From an uncultured bacterium (GTDB lineage Bacteria > Babelota > Babeliae > Babelales > Babelaceae), in assembly GCA_963759865.1 (NCBI GenBank), contig CAVXAV010000002.1, positions 184,384 through 248,383 of the forward strand: a DNA stretch of 64,000 nt, written 5' to 3'. The position numbers and the translations under genes are program-made. Shown here one piece after another: positions 56,655 to 64,000 of the stretch (positions are counted from its first letter, which is position 1; each line of letters begins with the position of its first letter). Below the pieces are notes generated by a model that worked only from the letters and a program-made list of their open reading frames with translations, was not told the DNA's origin and made no database searches.

Positions 56655-57134
56655 CTACGGCACCGACAGGCCAGCTGAGAGTACGGATCCCCCCGACAAT
56701 ATTATTAAGCGCCCTACGCGCTTTTTAAGCGTGTTTAATTCTTTCTTATTATAAGGAAATTGCTCCGACTTTGTTAAAATATCTTCGTAATGAAGCATAT
56801 TAGCAATAGCTTTACGCACTTGACGGAAATTACTAAACGTACCCCCTACCCATCTATGCATAACATACGGAAGATTCAATTCCTTAGCCACTTTTGCAAC
56901 CGCTTCTTGAGCAGCTTTTTTTGTGCCTACAATCAGAATAGTCCGCCCATCAGCAGCAACCGACTCTAAAAACTTTGAAGCTTGTTCCAATTGATGCGCT
57001 GTTTTGGAAACATCAATTAAATGAATATCATTTTTGTAACCCCAAATATAAGGCTCCATCTTAGGACACCAGCGGGACGTTTGATGGCCAAAATGCACAC
57101 CATTCTTAATAAGTAAACGCAAATCTACTGACAT
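56655..57134 (-). CDS. rpsB: 30S ribosomal protein S2, N-terminal fragment (gene interrupted by a 1-nt frameshift)
   Basis: [32 protein letters not shown]...ILIVGTKKAAQEAV matches S2. Homology ends at ...KKELNTLKK, after which the frame reads nonsense to a stop. Confidence 0.85.
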   Translation of the reverse strand: MSVDLRLLIKNGVHFGHQTSRWCPKMEPYIWGYKNDIHLIDVSKTAHQLEQASKFLESVAADGRTILIVGTKKAAQEAVAKVAKELNLPYVMHRWVGGTFSNFRQVRKAIANMLHYEDILTKSEQFPYNKKELNTLKKRVGRLIILSGGSVLSAGLSVP

Positions 57135-57385
57135 AGGATACTCTTTCGCAGGGTTATAACAATTATTTCCCGGCTTGATTTGTAAAAATCATCAACCACC
57201 CTGTAGTAAGGGAAATAAGTGACTAGAAATAAAAACCATACATATATGTGTTCTATAGTATAGCAAAACAGGCCAAAAAAGCAAAAAAAGCAAGCAACTG
57301 TCTTATCTGAATAGAAGGCTTACAAATTCCATTAAAAAAATACCCTCTTGACCATTGACTTTCATCTCAAAACCGAGCTAAAATC

Positions 57386-57419
57386 ATTTTATAATAGAAA
57401 ATATTTATAGAAGTGAAAA
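57386..57419 (+). repeat. 34-bp direct repeat, left copy
   Basis: ATTTTATAATAGAAAATATTTATAGAAGTGAAAA is repeated at 59222-59255 with 2 mismatches. Confidence 0.85.
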
Positions 57420-57431
57420 AAGTCATTATTT

Positions 57432-57545
57432 ATGAAATATCTTACAATTATTTTTCTTTTGGCTAGTGTCGCCAATATAAGTGCTATGGAACTACCAAAA
57501 GAAGAGGCGAAAAAACTTATTTCCACTTCCTACCCCGCGATTTAA
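57432..57545 (+). CDS. Signal-peptide fragment of the WD40 gene (frame 0, 37 aa)
   Basis: MKYLTIIFLLASVANISAMELPKEEAKK... followed by a stop. The WD40 frame is open from 57467 but has no start codon before 57617. Adding one A to the A6 run at 57510-57515 joins the two frames. Confidence 0.45.
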   Translation: MKYLTIIFLLASVANISAMELPKEEAKKLISTSYPAI

Positions 57546-57595
57546 TTAACTTACTTCAAGAATATCTCAGCAAGTCAACTGAATTAAGCAAAAAA

Positions 57596-58225
57596 ACTCT
57601 CACTGGCCATACCAAAATGGTCTATTCTGCTCAATTCAATAGTCAAGGCACACAGGTAGTGACTGCTTCTTACGATAAAACGGCCAAAATCTGGGATGCC
57701 AACTCCGGACTGCTTCTTAAAACCCTCGCTGGCCATACCAACATGGTCTTTTCTGCTCAATTCAATAGTCAAGGCACACAGGTAGTGACTGCTTCTTACG
57801 ATAAAACGGCCAAAATCTGGGATGCCAATACCGGACTGCTTCTCAAAACTCTTACTGGCCATACCAATTGGGTCATTTCTGCTCAATTCAATAGTCAAGG
57901 CACTCAGGTAGTGACTGCTTCTAGCGATAACACCGCCAAAATCTGGGATGCCAATACCGGATTGCTTCTTAAAACCCTCACTGGCCACACCCGTGCAGTC
58001 AATTCTGCCCAATTTAATAGTCAAGGCACACAGGTAGTGACTGCTTCTAGCGATAAGACTGCCATAATCTGGGATGCCAACTCCGGCCAGCTTCTTAACA
58101 CTCTCACTGGCCATACTAAGATGGTCCGGTCTGCTCAATTTAATCCCCAAGGAACACAGATTGTAACTGCTTCTAGCGATAACACCGCCAAAATCTGGCC
58201 TGCGCCGGTTCCAGAACTTATGCGC
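57596..58225 (+). repeat. Tandem 126-bp repeat array (5 units) encoding the WD40 blades
   Basis: Units start at 57596, 57722, 57848, 57974 and 58100, with long identical nucleotide runs (for example CAATTCAATAGTCAAGGCACACAGGTAGTGACTGCTTCT). Confidence 0.9.
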
Positions 58226-58261
58226 CTTGTAGAAGATGAAACTCCAAAACAAGCCTCCTGA
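57617..58261 (+). CDS. WD40-repeat protein, main fragment (5 near-identical blades)
   Basis: Five repeats of the consensus TLTGHTxxVxSAQFNSQGTQVVTASxDxTAKIWDAxxGxLLx. In-frame sequence upstream (from 57467) encodes FHFLPRDLINLLQEYLSKS, an F-box-like LPxxL..LL..YL motif. Confidence 0.8.
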   Translation: MVYSAQFNSQGTQVVTASYDKTAKIWDANSGLLLKTLAGHTNMVFSAQFNSQGTQVVTASYDKTAKIWDANTGLLLKTLTGHTNWVISAQFNSQGTQVVTASSDNTAKIWDANTGLLLKTLTGHTRAVNSAQFNSQGTQVVTASSDKTAIIWDANSGQLLNTLTGHTKMVRSAQFNPQGTQIVTASSDNTAKIWPAPVPELMRLVEDETPKQAS

Positions 58262-58328
58262 AAAAAAGTTTACGATAAGACATCATTCATCTGCAGAGAT
58301 TGTTTTGCTTCCATTCTAGATAGGGATT

Positions 58329-59143
58329 CAGTAGTTACGCTATAACATAAAATATTCTCCAGATTGATGGGTTAAAGATATTATAGTCTATTTTTTTCGA
58401 TCTAATCATTCTTATAACTTCATCCACATTATCATAGCCATAGGAAGCGCTTATTGAATCAGCCATCCCAAAAACAGCAAATACTGCTAATGTATGAATA
58501 TTTTGCTTTGTTATCTTCCTAGTCTGACAATCCTGAAGGCCTAACTTTTTTTTCGCCGTCCTAAAGAACTTTTCTATATTCCATCTCAAACTATAAGTTT
58601 CTAAGATACGTTCAGCAGATTGTTTTAAGTTGGTTACCATATAAATGGTACGATATTCGCCATTTCTCGCTCGTCTCTTTGCTGCAACTATAAAACGGCG
58701 CTTTCCATTAATCAAGCCTTTAAAAAGGCCTATTCTCGAATTCTTTTGCAACCTATACTGCCAATGATCCCCTATTTTAGCTTTTAGCTGCCCCTTCATT
58801 TTTTGAACTATTCTGTTCTTCGGCAATCTCATGATAAAAAAGATTTTTAACTTATCTAAAAAGCTCATCATATCCTCCGAACAATACAAGCCATCCATCA
58901 GAATCCAATCAACAGCGATTCTTTCTTTCCAAAATGCGATCATTTCTCTAGCCAGATCTAGCTTTGTTTTATTTTCCCATTTGTACCAGCATTGAAAGTC
59001 TAATGGTATTGTAACTTTACCACATGTTGGTTCCTTTTTGTGTGGATTGGTCAATAAACCTCACAAATTGGAACCAATTTTTTTACAAATGTTAAGACCT
59101 GTTCAATATTTTATGTATTTCAAAGAACACAGCGTAACTACTG
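58329..59143 (-). mobile_element. IS4-family insertion sequence remnant (815 bp) with 13-bp terminal inverted repeats
   Basis: CAGTAGTTACGCT at 58329-58341 and its exact reverse complement AGCGTAACTACTG at 59131-59143 bracket the transposase ORF. The element is too short for an intact IS4-type IS. Confidence 0.7.
58335..59054 (-). pseudogene. DDE transposase (IS4 family), N-terminally truncated
   Basis: The Y-(2)-R-(3)-E-(6)-K signature is present (YSLRWNIEKFFRTAK), along with the second Asp region (WILMDGLYCS). The first catalytic Asp region and DNA-binding N-terminus are missing, leaving only 239 aa. Confidence 0.7.
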
Positions 59144-59221
59144 TGAAGAGACGACTTGTAAATTCAATTAAAAAAATTTCTTCTTGGCTATTTATTTTTA
59201 TTTTCAATATGAGTTACAATA

Positions 59222-59255
59222 ATTTTATGCTAGAAAATATTTATAGAAGTGAAAA
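59222..59255 (+). repeat. 34-bp direct repeat, right copy
   Basis: ATTTTATGCTAGAAAATATTTATAGAAGTGAAAA directly abuts the start of dnaX-copy homology at 59256. Confidence 0.85.
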
Positions 59256-60165
59256 TAGGAGCATAGTTATTAAGGTTCATCTGGTGCATTGTCCCTAAAA
59301 CATCCGCACCTGATCCATACAGCACAACGCGTAAAAGCTCACATAAGCGTTCATCATCAATCTTTCCAAAAAGCTCGATTACACTTGTTCGGGTAATGGA
59401 TGGATAAGCAATCCGCACACGTTCAACAAGATTTAATGCATCGCGCATTGATCCTTCTGTTTCCTGAGCTATAAGAATAAGCGCTTCTTTTTCAAAAGGG
59501 ATAGCTTCAGCTGAGCAAATCCGAGCAAGGTGCTCAACAACCTCACCTGATTCAATAGGCGAGAAAAAGAGCTGAAAGCAGCGTGAGGTAACGGTTTCTA
59601 ATATTTTATGGGGATCGGTTGTCGCTAATAAAAACACAACGGAAAGAGGCGGCACTTCAAGTATTTTTAAAAAGGCGTTAAAGCTGCCTTACTGAGCATA
59701 TGAGCTTCATCTATAAGATAAATCTTTTTGCTGCCCAACACCGGAACAAATGCAGAGGCATCAATAATGGCACGAACGTTATCAACGCCCGTGTGAGATG
59801 CCGCATCAATTTCTATAAAATCAGGATGTTTTGCTGCCTGCATTGCTTGACATGATGCACACATCAAACAAGGTATTTGCTGATTTTGTGGATTTTTTTG
59901 AAATTGTTCTATAGCTTGGCAATTAAGAGCTGCTGCAAATATCCTACCAATGCTCGTTTTACCACAACCGCCAGTTCCTGATAAGAGGTACACAGGAAAA
60001 ATTAGATTGCGATAGAGGCTATTCTTAACCAGCCTCACCACTAATTGTTGGCCTACAATAATCTTTGTAACCCCAAATGTAAGGCTCCATCTTAGGACAC
60101 CAGCGGGATGTTTGATGGCCAAAATGCACGCCATTCTTAATAAGTAAACGCAAATCTACTGACAT
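59230..60165 (-). pseudogene. Chimeric remnant: rpsB codons 1 to ~34 fused out of frame to dnaX codons ~17-279, itself frameshifted
   Basis: ORFs 59667..60134 and 59230..59655 reproduce DnaX residues IVGQQLVV...HMLSKAA and PPLSVVFLLATT...MNLNNYAP with scattered substitutions. ORF 60025..60288 contains [34 protein letters not shown], the S2 N-terminus. Confidence 0.85.
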
Positions 60166-60414
60166 AGGATACTCTTTCGCAGGGTTATAACAATTATTTC
60201 CCGGCTTGATTTGTAAAAAATCATCAGCCACCCTGTAGTAAGGGAAATAAGTGACCAGAAATACGTACTCTACAGTATAGCAAAACATGCCAAAAAGGCA
60301 AAAAACGTACCCCTACTTTTATAAGAGATTTGGGAAAATTTTCGATACTTGATGTTTTGATTACAGCAAAAAAATAGTATACTTTTTGAACAATACATAG
60401 CTTGCGAAAGTATT

Positions 60415-61029
60415 ATGAAAACATTTTGTATCGCCGGTCCAATCATTCCCGAAGATCACTATTTTCTTCCTCATAGGCTTAATTGGCAGCAAATCGATTT
60501 CTTCATTTCATCGAAATTCTATTTTGTATTGCATGCTCCACGCCAAAGTGGCAAAACAACGGCTATAGAAGAATATATCCGGCACATCAATTCTACGCAG
60601 AAGTATTATGCACTCTATGTTAACATTGAAACGGCACAGACCGCTCGAGACAATGTACCAATGGCCCTTATTGCCATCGTAGAACTCATTGCTCGCAATA
60701 TCTCATTCAATTTCAAAGAACAGCACCACATTGAGGAAAAGCTGTACAAAATGATACGTCAACCCGTGACAATAAACTTGCTTTTTGATGCACTCACAAC
60801 CTGGGCAGAGTTAGCCGATAAACCTACTATCCTTTTTATAGATAAGATTGATTCACTTATTGGCGACTCACTTCTCTCAGTATTACGCCAGATCAGGGCT
60901 GGATTTAGCCAAAGACCTAAACGCTTTCCCCAAGCCCTCTGCTTAATTGGCCTTCGCGACGTCCGGGATTATCGTGTTTGGTCAAAGAGCAGGATGTCTC
61001 TATATCAACAAGCAGTCCTTTTACTATAA
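60415..61029 (+). CDS. P-loop ATPase (PRQSGKTT type), N-terminal fragment of a frameshifted ATPase/PD-(D/E)XK fusion gene
   Basis: Walker A in FVLHAPRQSGKTTAIEEY and Walker B-like ILFIDKIDSL. Homology continues in the next ORF's frame. Confidence 0.65.
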   Translation: MKTFCIAGPIIPEDHYFLPHRLNWQQIDFFISSKFYFVLHAPRQSGKTTAIEEYIRHINSTQKYYALYVNIETAQTARDNVPMALIAIVELIARNISFNFKEQHHIEEKLYKMIRQPVTINLLFDALTTWAELADKPTILFIDKIDSLIGDSLLSVLRQIRAGFSQRPKRFPQALCLIGLRDVRDYRVWSKSRMSLYQQAVLLL

Positions 61030-61961
61030 AAGCTGAATCCCTCACACTATCTAATTTCTCAAAAGAGGATATAAAAACATTATACTCACAGCACACACAA
61101 GCCACCGGCCAACTATTTACCGATGAAGCAATTGATTATGCCTATTATTTAACTCAAGGTCAACCATGGCTCGTAAATGCCCTTGCCTATCAAGCCTGCT
61201 TTCGTGACGTGGTTGATCGCACAAAACCTATTACACAATGCGACATTGAAAGGGCAAAAGAAACTCTTATTGCGCGAAGAGACACACATATAGATTCCCT
61301 CATTGATAAACTTCAAGAAGAACGTGTGAGCATTATTATTGATGCCATTATTAGTGGGCAAAGTTCATTTGAGGACTTTAAATCCGATGATGTGCAGTAT
61401 GTTCGTGATCTAGGCCTTATCGGGAAAGATACTTTTCGTATTGCAAATGCAATCTATCAAGAAATTATACCGCGTGAGCTGACTTGGACTACCCAACAAC
61501 GCATGTGGCAGAAAACTCGTTCTTTTTTAAAAGCTGATGGCACACTCGATATGCAGGCCCTTTTAAAAGAATTCACTCAGTTCTATCGGGAAAACTCGGG
61601 AAGTTGGCTCAAAGGTTTTAGTTATAAAGAATCGGGCCCCCATCTTTTACTGATGGCTTTTATCCAACGTATAATTAATGGAGGCGGATCACTCCATCGT
61701 GAATATGCACTTGATAGAAAACGGGCTGACCTTCTTATATGCCGGCAGGGAACGAAGATCGTTATAGAAATAAAAATAAAACACGGCGAAGAAAGTTTAT
61801 CAAAAGGGCTTGAACAGATCGCTGAATATAGCGACATTTCTGGAGCAAAAGAAGGGCACCTCATCATTTTCGATAGAGATGCCACCAAAAGCTGGGAAGA
61901 AAAAATTTCGCATGAAACAATTGTTTACAAAAATAAGCCGATTGACGTCTGGACTATGTAG
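60978..61961 (+). CDS. C-terminal fragment of the same gene with PD-(D/E)XK nuclease-like end
   Basis: SPFTIKAESLTLSNFSKEDIKTLY continues the ATPase-family sequence. The C-terminus has E...RADLLI...KIVIEIKIK (D / ExK motif). Confidence 0.6.
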   Translation: MVKEQDVSISTSSPFTIKAESLTLSNFSKEDIKTLYSQHTQATGQLFTDEAIDYAYYLTQGQPWLVNALAYQACFRDVVDRTKPITQCDIERAKETLIARRDTHIDSLIDKLQEERVSIIIDAIISGQSSFEDFKSDDVQYVRDLGLIGKDTFRIANAIYQEIIPRELTWTTQQRMWQKTRSFLKADGTLDMQALLKEFTQFYRENSGSWLKGFSYKESGPHLLLMAFIQRIINGGGSLHREYALDRKRADLLICRQGTKIVIEIKIKHGEESLSKGLEQIAEYSDISGAKEGHLIIFDRDATKSWEEKISHETIVYKNKPIDVWTM

Positions 61962-61966
61962 GCCTC

Positions 61967-62944
61967 TCAATCCCACTGATACATACCACCAACACAGACG
62001 ATCTTTGAATATCCGGTTATAGCATCACGCCTGTCATCAGACTTTAAATATTCATTGAATGCTTTGCGTTGTTCTGGGGAACATTCCCGTATATCATCAA
62101 TGTCAGCAAGCAAATCATAGATATCCACTTCATGGGGTACCGGATAGCCACTTGCAAAGAAAACTTGACTAATAAGACGCTCGACAAGATACTGCCTACC
62201 TATCTGATGCATTTCTTCTTTGGTCAAGCCTGAAGATTTCATTTTTTCCTCAAGCCATTCCATTAAGATCTTTAAATCTTGCGGTGGATACAAAGCAAAC
62301 CAGCTATTCCTTTCCTCGTCAGTCATATCCTTGTAGTAATTTGCAACAGCGGGAACTCTTACTGTATGGGGTGTAATATTGCAAAGAAATACTCTATAAC
62401 TACCACCAAATGCTTCAACAATCGATGGTATTTTTTCAAATGCATCTTTAGCAGGTTTGGTCAAACGGCCTTTCATATAACGCACGTCGGATGCAATTTT
62501 TCCCTCTTGGTTACGCCAGTAGATCGATGAGCAGGCCTTTTCTGCTGCATAGGCTATTCCATCAGGATGTAATAGTCTTACTTTATCGCTCGATCGCCAT
62601 AAATAAAGTCCATCAGGAAGCTTATTACCCTCTTTATCCACAAATGTTATACTGTAGCCACTTGTATGCAGCTTCACGGCCACAAAAATCCCTTCAGGCA
62701 TTTCTGGTCCAAGCGGAAGCTCACCCTTCACCGTCAGCCACCCAAGGACGCGCCCATTTTTATCTATCTCTACCCTTTCAAAACCTGGAAACATTTCACC
62801 ATCCTGGGTAAACGCCAACGAAGCTACAGGCCCCTCTTTTTTTAATGTGTTCCATAGCGATTCTGTTTCATTTTCATGCTTTATCATAGCATGCGCTGAA
62901 CCGCAAAACAGAAACCCCAGCCACAATAATTTTTGAATATGCAT
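61967..62944 (-). CDS. Hypothetical secreted protein
   Basis: 325-aa ORF with a signal peptide (MHIQKLLWLGFLFCGSAHA) and no recognisable motif. Confidence 0.55.
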   Translation of the reverse strand: MHIQKLLWLGFLFCGSAHAMIKHENETESLWNTLKKEGPVASLAFTQDGEMFPGFERVEIDKNGRVLGWLTVKGELPLGPEMPEGIFVAVKLHTSGYSITFVDKEGNKLPDGLYLWRSSDKVRLLHPDGIAYAAEKACSSIYWRNQEGKIASDVRYMKGRLTKPAKDAFEKIPSIVEAFGGSYRVFLCNITPHTVRVPAVANYYKDMTDEERNSWFALYPPQDLKILMEWLEEKMKSSGLTKEEMHQIGRQYLVERLISQVFFASGYPVPHEVDIYDLLADIDDIRECSPEQRKAFNEYLKSDDRRDAITGYSKIVCVGGMYQWD

Positions 62945-63117
62945 GAGAACCTCCTTTGTTATTCTGACATTATTAATTTTAATACTATCATAATTATTTC
63001 ATATTGCAAATCAAAGGGGCAAGAAGGAGTTTTTCATAATAACAGTAACTTTTTTAATTGAATGAAACTAAGAACACTCACACAGCGCAGAGTTGCGCGA
63101 AAAAGCGATGAGGGTGA

Positions 63118-63141
63118 GGGAGCGAGCAAGAACTCGCTCCC
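63118..63141 (-). terminator. Terminator downstream of the beta-helix gene
   Basis: GGGAGCGAG-(6 nt)-CTCGCTCCC, a 9-bp GC-rich stem. On the minus strand it is followed by a CT-rich tract ending TTTTT. Confidence 0.5.
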
Positions 63142-63310
63142 GATTAGTCATTGATTACTCTTTATCTATGCTTTGCCAACGCAGCCTTTTGAGCTACGAG
63201 AGTTTTGTCAACTTTTTTAACTACGGCACTTGCAACAGACTTTTTCTGAAGCGCACTTTCAATCGCTCCCGCTGTAATATTCTGTCCTGCTACCGCTGGC
63301 ACACCTGGGC

Positions 63311-64000
63311 TTACCAGGGTTGTTGGTAAGGGAAGAACCCATTATAATCTCCGGCACCATTAGTGTATGCCGTGTTATAGAAGATTTCATTAAGTACTAC
63401 GCCAAGCTCAGCAGAAGCGGCATCATTCACGCCAAATCCACCATTACCAAAAGAAGCATTATATTGGACTGTGTTGTTTGTCGAAGCTAAGAAAGTTCCC
63501 GGGCATGCTATGGGAAATATTTGTGTTCCCGCAATAAAAATGCCATCAGCAGCATTACCGCTCGCCACATTATCAATGATGGCATTATAGCTACTCGTTT
63601 GCGCCAATCCAAAGCCATTACGGCCATTGTTGCTTGATGCGTTATTTCTTATGGTAGTATACGTGGTGCCATCAGCGAGAATTCCATCTTTAAGAACACC
63701 CGAAACACGATTATTTTCGATTAATCCATTTGTAGACCCGATATCAGGATAAATGCCATCGATTGCTGGACCTTGTATTACATTGTTACTAATAGTAAAC
63801 CCAGAAACCGTAAAGCCAGCGCCTCCCGGGTGAATTGCAGAAAAATCGTTACAGACAATATCTTGACCACTATTGTTGTTAATAAAGAGACATGAATCTA
63901 CAATAAAGTTTTGAGCTTGGGGAATTGCTAAGCCTTCAAGAGTACCCCCAGCTACGGCTAAATTAATAAATGTGCTATTTTTGACCACCGCAGAGCTTAC
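63311..64000 (-). CDS. Right-handed parallel beta-helix (PbH1) repeat protein, 5' end outside the window
   Basis: Repeated about 22-aa turns are present (IENNRVSGVLKDGI, IRNNASSNNGRNGF, IIDNVASGNAADGI, VQYNASFGNGGFGV). The frame stays open to the window edge. Confidence 0.7.
   Translation of the reverse strand, partial: VSSAVVKNSTFINLAVAGGTLEGLAIPQAQNFIVDSCLFINNNSGQDIVCNDFSAIHPGGAGFTVSGFTISNNVIQGPAIDGIYPDIGSTNGLIENNRVSGVLKDGILADGTTYTTIRNNASSNNGRNGFGLAQTSSYNAIIDNVASGNAADGIFIAGTQIFPIACPGTFLASTNNTVQYNASFGNGGFGVNDAASAELGVVLNEIFYNTAYTNGAGDYNGFFPYQQPW

Noticed and set aside
57596-58225. Regular 126-bp tandem repeats considered as a possible CRISPR-like or satellite array.
   Set aside because: The units are contiguous with no unique spacers and lie entirely within a coding frame specifying WD40 blades.
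57584-58252. 222-aa ORF antisense to the WD40 gene.
   Set aside because: It mirrors the 126-bp repeat periodicity of the sense strand. The sense frame encodes a textbook WD40 consensus, while the antisense product has no motif. Long antisense ORFs are expected in repetitive, stop-poor sequence.
63093-63329. 78-aa plus-strand ORF, and a ~50-codon minus-strand frame just downstream of the beta-helix gene stop that might be a frameshifted extension.
   Set aside because: The plus-strand ORF spans a terminator hairpin and has no motif. The minus-strand frame (VPAVAGQNITAGAIESALQKK...) lacks beta-helix repeat character and a start signal.

Overview
This is about 64 kb of an AT-rich (roughly 40% GC by eye) diderm bacterial chromosome, densely packed with genes, many joined by ATGA stop/start overlaps.

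Housekeeping content:
- Translation and central metabolism: pheS, galU, ppsA, hup, lepB, nth, mrdA (PBP2), rpsT, rpmB, ftsH, cca, hpf, der, dnaX, rpsB.
- Envelope: tolQ-tolR-tolA-like-tolB, with no pal gene.
- Transport: two ABC systems.
- One long minus-strand operon: plsC-like, batA-B-C-D-E-like, M23 peptidase.
- RNA genes, none in the ORF track: tRNA-Phe, Leu, Cys, Ala and Ser, all with CCA encoded, plus a small 4.5S-type SRP RNA directly upstream of dnaX.

Eukaryote-like or effector-like proteins are interspersed: an ankyrin-repeat protein, a WD40 protein with an F-box-like N-terminus, an RRM protein, a classical AAA ATPase with an RRF-type second region of homology, a long GMC oxidoreductase and a coiled-coil secreted protein. 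This suggests a host-associated lifestyle. I cannot assign a taxon from sequence alone.

Observations most worth follow-up:
1. Two tandem ~900-aa paralogs combine a polytopic membrane domain, GAF and PAS modules, a sigma54-activator-type AAA+ module and a Fis-type HTH. Walker A, Walker B, GAFTGA and the arginine-finger positions are all degenerate. A 41-aa secreted-peptide gene lies divergently upstream.
2. A family of ~75-nt GC-rich structured repeats has compensatory hairpin changes. Two inverted copies form a ~350-bp composite element at 27.2-27.6 kb, and a solo copy sits next to tRNA-Ala.
3. The 52-62 kb region is rearranged and degraded. It holds a diverged chimeric duplicate of rpsB-5'/dnaX, an 815-bp IS4-family remnant with 13-bp terminal inverted repeats, and 34-bp direct repeats flanking the WD40+IS cassette. 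Five single-base frameshifts (four in A/T runs of 4-6 nt and one at a 3-nt A run) cluster there, including one in essential rpsB.
4. A signal-peptide, membrane-anchored ADP-ribosylglycohydrolase-fold protein lacks the metal-binding Asp motifs. It is ATGA-coupled to a Cys-rich small ORF.

No CRISPR array, rRNA or intact prophage was seen.
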